Of a stretch of 64,000 bases of DNA, positions 49,031 to 61,115 are shown one piece after another. Position 1 is the first letter of the stretch, and every line of letters begins with the position of its first letter. Under the pieces are notes generated by a model that worked only from the letters and a program-made list of their open reading frames with translations, did not search any database and was not told the origin of the DNA. The position numbers and the translations under genes are program-made. The DNA is from Octopus bimaculoides (Eukaryota). Where the stretch lies: assembly GCF_001194135.2 (NCBI RefSeq), contig NC_068981.1:190613522-190677521 (forward strand), in the 5' to 3' direction.

Positions 49031-49698
49031 TAGAAAAATTAATTAAAATGTACTCATTTTTCTGAGAAAGTTATGAGGAAACAAAGCTGTGGAGTGAGAA
49101 CTATCTGAAATATTCCCCGCCCCTGAAAAGTTTTCTCAACAAATTCCGGTATAGTTTTAATCTACACCGTCTCAGAACTTGGATTTAAAAAATATCTTTT
49201 CTTTTTCACAAAGTCAAGAAGAAGAAACAAAGTCAGCGGAGAGGCGGGGGATGGCACACTTCTGTAGTTATGCCCATGTCTGCTGGAAATCAGTGGATTC
49301 GATCATTTAACAAATTGATTCAATGAGAATTGCCGAATAACATTATCGTTGCAAACATTTCCCACTGTTACACAACAACAGCAATAACGACAAGAGAAGG
49401 TAGATGTTGGGAAGTCGAACTGTCTAAAGAGTTTTCTAAAGAGTTTATTACTTTAGTATTGCGTTAATGTAAACAAGTGCAACAATGCTTATTGGTGCAA
49501 ACCTGGAATGGTGGGGAAGAGGGGAGGGGATGATTTTATACAAGAAGTAATAAGTTAGTTCTGCAATGAATGTCAATAATAGTTATTTTTCTTCATATTA
49601 TCATCTTGTTCTTTTTACCCATCTGTTTATGCAACAATGCATTTTATGAAAATTAGATCGGACTGCTGTTTCACAATTATTCGTCTTTCTTCTATAAA

Positions 49699-49775
<77 letters not shown>

Positions 49776-49838
49776 TGTGTGTGTATACATATATATAGTG
49801 AGAGAAAGGGAGAGATTGATAGATAAATATACACATGT

Positions 49839-49870
<32 letters not shown>

Positions 49871-51049
49871 NNNNNNNNNNNNNNNNNNNNNNNNNNNNNN
49901 NNNNNNNNNNNNNNNNNNNNNNNNNNNNNNNNNNNNNNNNNNNNNNNNNNNNNNNNNNNNNNNNNNNNNNNNNNNNNNNNNNNNNNNNNNNNNNNNNNNN
50001 NNNNNNNNNNNNNNNNNNNNNNNNNNNNNNNNNNNNNNNNNNNNNNNNNNNNNNNNNNNNNNNNNNNNNNNNNNNNNNNNNNNNNNNNNNNNNNNNNNNN
50101 NNNNNNNNNNNNNNNNNNNNNNNNNNNNNNNNNNNNNNNNNNNNNNNNNNNNNNNNNNNNNNNNNNNNNNNNNNNNNNNNNNNNNNNNNNNNNNNNNNNN
50201 NNNNNNNNNNNNNNNNNNNNNNNNNNNNNNNNNNNNNNNNNNNNNNNNNNNNNNNNNNNNNNNNNNNNNNNNNNNNNNNNNNNNNNNNNNNNNNNNNNNN
50301 NNNNNNNNNNNNNNNNNNNNNNNNNNNNNNNNNNNNNNNNNNNNNNNNNNNNNNNNNNNNNNNNNNNNNNNNNNNNNNNNNNNNNNNNNNNNNNNNNNNN
50401 NNNNNNNNNNNNNNNNNNNNNNNNNNNNNNNNNNNNNNNNTGTTTAGTTAAAACTGTTGTCTCGTGAATACGTTATTTTTAGAGGTGTAACTTTTTTATT
50501 TTTCTGGAGACGAAGATTAAAATTGATAGTTTTCTCAGATGGAAATTGTAATTCTTTAGCTGTTTGTTTTTTGGTTTTTTTTTTTTTTTTTTGGTGTTAT
50601 TGCTGTTTTAGGGTCTTCTTCCTTTCATTCTTTCTGTTGTTGTTTTTTTTTTTCTTTCTCTTCTTCTCTTCGTATTACACTGGATTCTTTAACAATAACA
50701 GCAACAACAAAGAAAATCCGCAATACGCTTCAAACAAATAACTGATTCAAAAGTTTAAAACAACATAAATAAACCAGTAAATAAATGAATAGGAAAAGAA
50801 AAATATTGATATCAAAAATGGCGATTTACAAAGAATTGTAGGCATTTGTTGATTTTCTGTCACAACCGGTGAACATTAGCGTCGTTAGTTACAGGTGTTC
50901 AACATCTGTTATCTGTTCAAGGTGAGAGTGATAGGGAAGTGTCTGTATCGCTGTGCGAAACAAATAACATAAGGGACTACAGCCGGAGGGCGCTGGTTTT
51001 CCGGTTTTCTATTTTCTTTCTGATATTTAAATCGTTTACTAATATACAT

Positions 51050-51480
51050 AAGCGAAACACACACACACACACACACACGTACACACGCACTGGCACACGC
51101 GCACTGGCACACGCGCACTGGCACACGCGCACGCGCGCTTACTCATACACGTACACGCGTACACACACACACACACGCACATGCACACGCACACACGTAC
51201 ACAGGCACTGGTACACGCGCACGCGCGCGTACGCCCCCACATACACACATTCACACACACACACGCACACACGTACACACGCACTAGCACACGTTCACGC
51301 GTGCATACGCACACAACACACAAACACACACATGTTCACGCACACACGTACACACACACTCACACACGCGTACACGCACATGCCCACACACATGCACGCA
51401 CACACACGTACGCACACCACGTACACACTCACACGCACACAAGCACACACATACACGCATGCACACACATGCATATATTA
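51050..51480. repeat. Degenerate (CA/CG)n tract
   Basis: Alternating purine-pyrimidine with acacgcgcactggc subrepeats. Confidence 0.9.
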
Positions 51481-51906
51481 TATACCGAACTAATTCCGAG
51501 CCCCTGGTCCTCATCGCCGCATATAACTACGTTAAATCGATAACCCACACAAAAATCAATCAGAAATCGAAATAATTTTGCAAGGAAAGAAATCTCTCCT
51601 CTTTTAGATTAATTGCTTCTAATTAATGCACGAGGTCACTAGTTTTCAAAAGGGAGCGGTAAAACGAAAGGATGAAAAGTGAAGCTGACCTCTGTGGGAT
51701 TCGAATTCAGAACGCGAAGACGCAGAACAAATTACGCAAGGCATTTTTCCGACGCTCTAACGATTTTACCAACCCACCGCCCTTCACTTTTAGATTAAAG
51801 CTGTAAAGATTAAGAAAAACAACAGTAAGCTCTTCGACATTGGCATGGGTTCCAATGATTCAGTTGAGGTTGTCGACGTAATCGGATTATATATCTGAAA
51901 GCAATG

Positions 51907-51935
<29 letters not shown>

Positions 51936-51937
<2 letters not shown>

Positions 51938-52105
51938 CGTGTATAAGGGATGACTACTAGGTGGACATCCAATATGCTAGAAAGAGGTCATCAACGAAAT
52001 TTGCGAAATATTTTCTGGAGAACATTTTTCTTTGTGGTTGGGTCGTTGATGACCTCTTTCTAGCATATTGAATGTCCACCTACTGGTCATCCCTTATACA
52101 CGTGT
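51936..52105. repeat. Inverted repeat with about 62-bp arms and a 45-bp spacer
   Basis: 51936-51997 versus 52043-52105, about 3 mismatches. Confidence 0.88.
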
Positions 52106-52229
52106 AATACATTTTTTTCTGAATTTTCAGATTTTTTTATATGCTAGGCCACTTGGTTTTAAATTGAATTAATATTCAATTTATCACCCTATCTATATAA
52201 ATAATACATACATACATATAAATTCCTCT

Positions 52230-53200
52230 TCATTACCGACGGTTTACATCAAGACAACGAATTACTCTCACTCCGAATCTTTAACTTTCAGTTTGACTGA
52301 CAAATTTAAGAAGAATCTGTATAACGTTTTCAAAACTTTAGCTAATCAGTTACTGTTCAGGCCCGCGTGAAAAGTTAATTTTCTTGACGCCACTCTGAAT
52401 ATATAAATTCATGCACAAAGAATGTAGAAATTTATGCATATCCCATGGAACGACTAAAATATATATGCGTAACCTCAAACTATCGTTAGAGTACCTTTAA
52501 GAACTTAGTGAAAATGCCTCTCTTAGACTCTCTATCTGTCCTTCAACTGAAGATATTTTGAACGATGTACCCAACACCTATTTGAAGTACTGTGTACAAG
52601 CAGATACCGAGAGAAAGTAAAACATATGCAGAATACGAGGTTAATCTCTATTACAAAACAGACCAGAAAATTATGAATTTTAACCCAGAATTTAACCTAC
52701 AGTTCCCCACCCCCATGACCAAAGCATTTTTTAAACTTTTAGAAAAGCACTCTCTACCCACTCGCAAATATAACAAGCTAGTTACCCCCTCCCCCATTAT
52801 CCAACTTAAATACTTTATTACTGACGACATATTAATTACTACTGACCGTTTCAAACGTTAACTCCCCTAGTTATATTAGCTGTAGCAGCACTAACACGAA
52901 CTACTTCCCTCCTGCAGAAAACTGTGATATACGAACTATCATAAAATGTTCTGCAAATGTCTAACGGCTAAAACATTTAAAACTAAATTGTAGAAGCACA
53001 CTCATGCATTCCACAATTCCGATTGGAAAACTTCTACCTTCTTACGGAGCTATATCTGGTAGTAATACACATCATATAATTTATGAGTAAATACTCTCTT
53101 TGACTAAATTCTAATCCAATAAGAAACATTTTTGTCGACTTTGTACATCTCAATACTTTGAAATCCTTTTCGCCATCCTAATTCTGCTCAACAAACATTC
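52230..53200 (+). mobile_element. Decayed Penelope-like element (RT end and GIY-YIG)
   Basis: KVNFLDATLN, KIMNFNPEFN...AFFKLLEKH, TVIYE, LTAKTFKTKL*KHTHAF, SYIW. Confidence 0.75.
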
Positions 53201-53975
53201 TGAGTTAATTTTTGAATGTAAACACAAGACATTCAAAACCTTGAGATACTTTAAACCGATGTTATTTCCCAACAAGTAATATATTACCTACTCAATAAAT
53301 AGCTTCAGTAGATATACTACATCTACAATCTCTATATAACATTTGTAAGGTTGCATGTTTAATGCCATAATTCTAAATCAAATTAAATTTTTAAAACACC
53401 AACACACTTTAACATCATGGGAAAAGAAAACCTAGCATTTTGTTACTGATGCCATGACAGCAAAACTATCTCCAAGCTAATACACTACCACTTCACTTCC
53501 CCAGATTTAAATTAGAATACAGCACATTTTGTGACCTTATGATTATGGTTGAAGCAGAGAACCTAACCAACCATTTATACAAAGTTTAACCAGTCATTCT
53601 GCAAATTCCAAATGCAGCAGAATCCGCTCTTGTAGGGGAATGGTAGAGATGATAAGAGTTACGTAGTCGATAATCGCCAATTACATGATATACGCTTACG
53701 CACACCTACACACACCTCTCTCTCTCTCTCTCTCTCTCTCATGCAGGCAATCTGTCCATCACAAACACACACACATGCACAAACCCTCACATAGAGATAT
53801 AACTTGAATAGTAGGATAGATTTAACAACGGTTGGTAGGAGGAAATAAAGGAGCTGAAGGTTTACATTGCCTTATATATGTAGGTGTGTGCGTGTCTGTA
53901 TGTGTATGCTTATGTGTGAGTGAGCGAGTGAGTGAGTGAGTGAGTGAGTGAGTGAGTGAGTGAGTGAGTGAGTGA

Positions 53976-54042
<67 letters not shown>

Positions 54043-54376
54043 GGTCAGTATTTCGTATATCCGAAAAAGAAGCCTAAAGCATTCGAAAAGCAGTATGAAA
54101 CTTATCGCCGAGCAACCTGCCGAAGTATTCCTTTAAAACAAACTTATTCGCCTTCCTATTCAAGTGCACCTTTTTCTTAAATTTGAAGGTTACCACAAAT
54201 ACATCACTTACTCACCCCTCATACACACACACACATCACTTTTCGGGTATCCCTCTGTTGCTCCCAATTAGATTCCTTTCTTAGATAAAGCACAAAATAC
54301 CTTCTACTCGTCTTCCAGTCATATCCGCCGTTATATTTTTCCTTATATCACCTTCCTTCTATCTCCATAAACTTAC

Positions 54377-54506
54377 CGAAGAATCCCATTAGCAGATTAC
54401 GCCTGCGGTGTGGTTTTTCCAGTTAATTCCTTCTCTTAATTCACATTTATAATTAAACTCACAATTATCATCTATTTTAGTTTGAAGAAACCACCCATGG
54501 CAAAAC
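54377..54506 (-). other. Candidate 130-nt exon
   Basis: Acceptor tttctttttttgtacattacaaatatctacag| and donor tcg|gtaagt; every frame has a stop; an ATG lies 13 nt before the donor. Confidence 0.3.
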
Positions 54507-54630
54507 CTGTAGATATTTGTAATGTACAAAAAAAAGAAATAGCGATTTCTATTGAGCACTTTATAGCTTAATAATTTAACTAGAGCCAACATTAACATAC
54601 ATTCTTATACGTGTTAACCAATTACATATA

Positions 54631-54750
54631 CGAGCGCTTCTGAAAAGTTCCTGGCTTTGGGTAAAAGAAAATATGAGAGGGTCAGTAAATTATAATTTTA
54701 TTCGACATATTCCCTCTCAGATCCACTCACTTATTGCAGCGGTCCTTCAG
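54631..54750 (+). mobile_element. Mariner terminal fragment
   Basis: ta|cgagcgcttctgaaaagttcctgg...ttattcgacatattccc...ttattgcagcggtcc. Confidence 0.6.
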
Positions 54751-54767
54751 TAAATGAACACAGAAGG

Positions 54768-54807
<40 letters not shown>

Positions 54808-54809
54808 AC

Positions 54810-55830
54810 GTATTCATTCATATTGGATTGTCAGATAAATTAGTTCGTTGTGTTTTTCCCATTTATTTTAATCTTTATTTTTCATTCAAAATTTGAACAA
54901 ACATTCGATAATATAATTCTCCTTCATTGTTCATGACTTTCTGCCAACGTTCCGCTAGCTTGTTAATAATGCCTTGATGGTAGAAATCACCCGGTCTTGA
55001 CTCCAGGTCTTTGTTGAACGAAACGCTTTGCAGACTTTGGGAGACCTACCATAAAAAGGTAACGGCGAGCGCAGTTGAACTCCCCAATTGAGCTCTTGAA
55101 AAGCATTTTTGATCAAATTATCGACGTCTGCTTCAACGTTGACAGATTAGCGATGTTCGGGTTAACGCACACTGTTTCGATGGTCGGGTTGTTTCAGCTG
55201 CATAGCGTCTTTGAGTCGGTGCATTTGCTGAACATAGAGTTCTGCATAGACCATGTAGTTGTTTTCAAGCATTTAATAATAGGTTAGCTTTTTCCAATCC
55301 TGCTAAATGCAGATCAGCAGATCATTGCCTAGTGTGGATGCAGCTCTGGCTAGAATCGAGATATTACATACTTGTCGGTGTTCAGCTATTCTTTCCTCTT
55401 TTCGATATTGACACCATTTTTCATCGCTGCTGACGATGCGGCAAAGAAACCTGCGTCTCCTCGAGTAACCTGGTGTCTAGCGAATAAACTGGCGGCGATA
55501 GAGGAGCGATGAAGTTTGTCCCTTTTGTTCAGCGCGTGTGGTACGCATACGCTGAGTTTTTAGACCTTACTCATGGAGTGACAGTTAAGGGTGACGGTAT
55601 CATGAAAGCATCTTATCTGTTGGGCCAGTTGACTACAGGACGAGCACGGATCTTCTTTGATGAGCTCGTTCATCGATTCTTTTTGAACTGATCAGGTCAG
55701 CCTAAACGCAGAGAGTCTGTTAAGTCGAATTTCCCCTCCTGAGAATGTGAAAACAATTTCTGTGCATTTCTTTCAGCTATAGCGTCTTCACCGTGCACGG
55801 CACAAGAGTCTTAGTTGGCTATGACAGTTT
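54810..55830 (-). mobile_element. Decayed mariner transposase
   Basis: FLCRIVSSDEKWCQY, DFYHQGIINKLAERWQKVMNNEG; terminal tattggattgtcagataaattagttcg. Confidence 0.85.
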
Positions 55831-56139
55831 TGGAACCTTGATTAAAAGCGAAAAGAAGCTGTTACCAAAAATGTTCGATTCTTTTTCTATTGACTGAAAA
55901 GAAGTAAAATTTATTCAAATTTCAAGAACAATAAGCAAAAAAAAAAAGGGCTGAGGAAGAACAGAACTACAAAATCCATGAAACACTTTGATAAGAATAT
56001 TTTTCCCGTTAATTCAAATAACACTGGAAAAAAAAAAACAATTAATTTTTTTGACAACGCCATATTTAAAACAATTAAAGCTATAAATGAAACGTCGAAA
56101 TATAACACTATGTTTTCTTGCTTTACACCAATAATATTT

Positions 56140-56194
56140 CGCATTATTATCATTATTATTATTATTATCATTATTATTATTATTATTGTTGTTG

Positions 56195-56228
<34 letters not shown>

Positions 56229-56235
56229 CATCATT

Positions 56236-56284
<49 letters not shown>

Positions 56285-57049
56285 ACATCATTATTATTAT
56301 TATTATTATTATTGTTCAGTAGTTTTATNNNNNNNNNNNNNNNNNNNNNNNNNNNNNNNNNNNNNNNNNNNNNNNNNNNNNNNNNNNNNNNNNNNNNNNN
56401 NNNNNNNNNNNNNNNNNNNNNNNNNNNNNNNNNNNNNNNNNNNNNNNNNNNNNNNNNNNNNNNNNNNNNNNNNNNNNNNNNNNNNNNNNNNNNNNNNNNN
56501 NNNNNNNNNNNNNNNNNNNNNNNNNNNNNNNNNNNNNNNNNNNNNNNNNNNNNNNNNNNNNNNNNNNNNNNNNNNNNNNNNNNNNNNNNNNNNNNNNNNN
56601 NNNNNNNNNNNNNNNNNNNNNNNNNNNNNNNNNNNNNNNNNNNNNNNNNNNNNNNNNNNNNNNNNNNNNNNNNNNNNNNNNNNNNNNNNNNNNNNNNNNN
56701 NNNNNNNNNNNNNNNNNNNNNNNNNNNNNNNNNNNNNNNNNNNNNNNNNNNNNNNNNNNNNNNNNNNNNNNNNNNNNNNNNNNNNNNNNNNNNNNNNNNN
56801 NNNNNNNNNNNNNNNNNNNNNNNNNNNNNNNNNNNNNNNNNNNNNNNNNNNNNNNNNNNNNNNNNNNNNNNNTTCTTCTTCTTCTTCTTCTTCTTCTTCT
56901 TCTTCTTCTTCTTCTTCTTCGTATTTGTTAGGTAGATTGATTTCTTGTTTGTATTTGTCAGCTTCCTTAAATACTGAAAACAGTTTTTTGTTTTGCTCGT
57001 GTTTTGTGGCTATTTGTATTAGTTTCCCTTGCTTCTGGAGTAGGTATTA

Positions 57050-57093
<44 letters not shown>
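56140..57093. repeat. (ATT)/(GTT)/(CAT) and (CTT)/(ATT) microsatellites around a gap
   Basis: Directly visible. Confidence 0.95.
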
Positions 57094-57096
<3 letters not shown>

Positions 57097-57589
57097 CGTT
57101 ATGTTGACATCGGCTGTGATAATGATCAGTAGTTGCTCAGTCTATAGCCTCTAGTGGCACTATTTGATATCAGTCTTTGTTCTGTGTTTGTTGTTTGTTA
57201 TTACAGTGCTAGCTGCGATAACAACTTTTCCAGACAGTTAAGCAGTGTCGTAAACCTCACAGACAAAATTTTCAAACGCAAATGTAGAGAATGCAGTGTA
57301 AACTTGCTTGTTTTAAGAGTAGAGTTGTATGAAAAGCGCAGGGCTTTTGATTTGAGTGGAAACCAGGAACGCAAATTAATATAAAGGTAATGAAGGTGTT
57401 GTGTGGTTGTCAGTATTAGCTTCTTTTCTAGCTATTCTCATGTCAGTTAAGCTGTTACCTTGCAGCTGTTGAATATAACCACACTAAAATTCGTTTGAAT
57501 TTCCAAATATTCTGTTTACCGCGCACTTTACATTCAATAAATTAATATTGTGTAAGTGGTACAAGGAATAAGAATAATTTCATACGGTA

Positions 57590-57917
57590 ACTGACATTCA
57601 GTCGGTTACGATGACGAGACTTTCATTTGATCTGATCAACGGAACAGCCTGATTGTGAAAATTAACGTACAAGTGGCTGAGCACTCCACAGCCACGCGTA
57701 CTCTTATCGTAATTCTCAGGGATATTCAGGGTGACACACAATATAACAAAGCTGGTTCTCTGAATTACCGGTGCTACTTATTTTTGCCAGGTGAATGAAT
57801 TAAAGTAACGTGAAATAACGTGTCTAACTCAAGGACACAGCGCACCGCCGGGAATCGATCCTACGACCTTACGATCGTAAGCCAGATACCCTAACCACTA
57901 AGCCATGCGCCTTCACA
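57590..57917 (-). mobile_element. SINE, Y head + Q tail
   Basis: ccctaaccactaagccatgcgccttcac head (reverse complement); Q tail at 57590-57780. Confidence 0.87.
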
Positions 57918-58229
57918 CTGCATATGATAAATATTCGTGGATTAACATGACTGAATAAGACCTGTGGATATGAAAGGGAAAAAAACGACTCACTCATGCA
58001 AATCCTGAGATAGCTCTAAGTTGAATTGGCTCGCCTTTAAATAACGATCGATCCTGGAGATTCCAGAATTTGTTTGGTAGGAAAACTTACACACTTCCTC
58101 TGAAGTTAGTTGCCTCCTCAGCCGTAAATAAGTCTACCAGTGTTGGTAAAGTCAAACCATATTTGTGGAGGTTGATATATTTTTTTAGTTACTCTTCCTT
58201 TTTATGGAAATATTTTAGGCAGTGATTCT

Positions 58230-58620
58230 AGACTGGCAGTATCTGAGAACAGCTTCCAATTCACCTGCTTAAGGTGAATAATCGATATCAAGTGACTGTA
58301 AAGAGTTCGAAGTGACACAGTTGAGATGGCAACGGACACTAACAGGATCAGCGACGAAATTAGACGCAGAGCCTGGAACTGAATCGGACACGTTCTCAGA
58401 CAAGATCAAAAAAGCTTATGTATAATGGAACTAAATTGGAAGCCTGTTGGGGAAATAGCACCAGAGAGCCCTAAAACCACATGGCGAATAACCATTAATA
58501 AGAAAAAGAAACGAGAACGGTGAAAAAGCTGGAATGAGACAAGAACAATGGCAGAAAACAGGGCTGTTTACAGGGATCGTATTGCGGCCTTATGTGCCTC
58601 ATGGCACGGAGAGAACTAAT
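58230..58620 (+). mobile_element. RTE-clade LINE 3' end
   Basis: EIRRRAWN*IGHVLRQDQ, PKTTWR, AENRA...ALCASWHGEN*. Confidence 0.85.
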
Positions 58621-58689
58621 TAATGGTTTAAATCTCAGCTGTGATGTCACTCCAAAGATATTAATGATTTGTGAATGAGTGTAAGTCCA

Positions 58690-59340
58690 GAGAAACATAA
58701 GAAAGCTGTTCACGGAAAAGGTTCGTTGATGAAACATGGTTCTTTTACCTGTCAAACTTTGTTTAAAACTGAAGATGTAGCCTCAAGAGTAAGAAATACT
58801 TATGTATTTCACACTGTTTGATATCGTCGCAATAGCTTCATCTGGCTTAGGTGAAAAGAGTTTCTCTGATTCTGAAGTGGTAAGGAAGTTGCCTTACAGT
58901 CAAACAAAAACAGAAGCAATCGCTAATTTTTGGCATGCACCATATTCTATTAATTCTGTCTTAAAAATCTCGAAGAAAACTAATTAGCATATTGTGGAAT
59001 TTGTACGGATGGAAATAATCACAATTCAATGAAATTATCTTCAGTAATTACTTCGTACTTTGATTGGAAGAATGGTGGCTTGGAATTATTGAGTTAAAGA
59101 ACACATATAATAGGTTTGTAGACTCAGTGACTAATTATGTCAAGGAAATTCTGAAGAAAATGGTCTCTTTCAGAGAGGGAGAAGGAGAGAAATAGGAAGA
59201 GAGGGAGAGGAAGAATTGGGGAAGGGGAGAGGGAAAAACAGAGGGGAGAGAGTGAAAGAGAGACAGAGAGAGTCCTGTTGCATTCACTGGTAACAATTGC
59301 AATGCAGTATTTGAAGGAATTCAGACATAGTGGAGACTCT
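58690..59340 (+). mobile_element. hAT transposase remnant interrupted by a GA-rich tract
   Basis: YVFHT, FSDSEVVRKLPYSQTKTEAIA..HAPYSINSVL, GICTDGNN, YFDWKNG, AFTGNNCN. Confidence 0.6.
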
Positions 59341-59374
59341 AATAATGCGTTGGCAAATTTGAAGACAAAGGCAG

Positions 59375-59640
59375 CATCATTAGCGGCATTTCTTCCGGCT
59401 TTTTACCTCCCGAGTTCCAATCCCGCCGAGATCGACTTTACTTTTCGGAGTTGATGAAATGAAGTAGCAGTACTGGTGAGTGGGGGTGGGGGCTCGACTT
59501 GACCCTTCCGCTCGGAATTGCTGCCCTTGAACCCTGCTACAGGTCAGCGTCCCTTTCAGAGGATTGCTGTGATCACGGTCACCGAAACGCCGTAGATATC
59601 AGATAACCGGACCTTATGAGTCTTAGGGCCGGAGAAAAAA
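59375..59640 (+). mobile_element. Old family A SINE with the same alternative 3' extension as 39085-39370
   Basis: gagttccaatcccgccgagatcgactttac; ctttcagaggattgctgtgatcacggtcac. Confidence 0.55.
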
Positions 59641-59759
59641 AAATGAAGTAAATATATGAAAGGGGACCATTAAATAAAGTGATTTAGCTTGCACATGACT
59701 TTTAAGCAAATATGTCCGTCAAACAGCAGAATAAATGAATTCTAATATTGAAAGTATTG

Positions 59760-59870
59760 TCTTTTATCTTTTACTCGTTTCAGTCTTTAGACTTCGGCCA
59801 TGTTGGGGCGAAAACGCACCAACACCGACTGTCAAGCGATGGTGAGGGACAAACACAGAAGCAAAGACGT
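59760..59870 (-). mobile_element. Family B SINE 3' fragment
   Basis: cttttatcttttactcgtttcagtc; accgactgtcaagcgatgg. Confidence 0.7.
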
Positions 59871-59895
59871 ACATACACACACACACACACACACA

Positions 59896-59943
<48 letters not shown>

Positions 59944-60616
59944 CGCACACACACACATTTATGCATGTATGTATGTACATACGTACGTATTGATGAATGG
60001 ATGCATAAGATGGATTTCTTACAATTTTTTATACGATTCCTAATATTAGCTAATTATAAAAACACAGTAGGATTTTTTTTAAACCACGAATGGCTAGGAG
60101 GGTCCAAGGAAGTAAAATCGAAATCAAAGGGGTCAATAGTTTTAAAAAATGGTTGAGAAACACTGACCTTAACCCTTGTGATACACGTGCATGCAAGATA
60201 CTGTTCTTCTACACTAAGACTCGTTGGCTGTGGCTATTGTCGAGCATTGCCAGGCTAATGTAGATGCTTCCTGCATTGAAATCTTCCTTTTTAGCATAAA
60301 CAACCCAAAGTAATTGAAAAAGAATTCTTTTAGAGATGAAATGAGTAAGATTTATGCTCCAACACATGCATATGTTAATGAACATATTTCAAACACGCAC
60401 GCACGCACACGTTCAATCAATCCATCAATCAATCAATCAATTCTGAAAATGATCAGATCTGTAGGAAAAAAATATGCATGGACACATCATGTGACGCATA
60501 GAGACGGTCGGGGAGGAATGTGCAGCTTAAGGAAATGAGGATATTCAGCCTAAAGTAAAGGTAATTATCTTTAATTCGTTTCAAAGATTTCTCTATCATT
60601 CATCTTGTACCTAACC

Positions 60617-60661
<45 letters not shown>

Positions 60662-60674
60662 ACATAAATATACA

Positions 60675-60841
60675 TGGCTGTGTGGTAAGTAGCTTCCTTA
60701 CCAACCACATGGTTCCGGGTTCATTCCCACTGCGTGGCACCTTGGGCAAGTGTCTTCTATTATAGCCTCGAGCCGACCAAAGCCTTGTGAGTGGATTTGG
60801 TAGATGGAAACTGAAAGAAGCCTGTCGAATATATGTATATG

Positions 60842-60896
<55 letters not shown>

Positions 60897-61115
60897 CTGC
60901 GTGGGTGTGTGTGTGTTTGTGTGTGTGTGTGTCCAGCATCGCTTGACAACCGATGCTGTTGTGTTTACGTCCCCGTAACTTAGCGGTTCGGCAAAAGAGA
61001 CCGATAGAAAAAGTACTAGGCTTACAAAGAATAAGTCCTGGGGTCGATGTGCTCGACTAAAGGTGGTGCTACAGCATGGCTGCAGTCCAATGACTGAAAC
61101 AATTAAAAGAATAAA
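60675..61115 (+). mobile_element. Full-length family B SINE
   Basis: Complete head, long (TG)n, 3' body and tail. Confidence 0.93.

Noticed and set aside
4112-57107. Long ORFs in the track containing X runs (for example 4112-5341, 35970-37356, 49705-50467, 56118-57107)
   Set aside because: They stay open only because they cross N gaps and simple repeats.
57154-57384. 76-aa plus-strand ORF with an acceptor-like site
   Set aside because: No recognisable domain, in-frame stop just before the donor, and no supporting exons.
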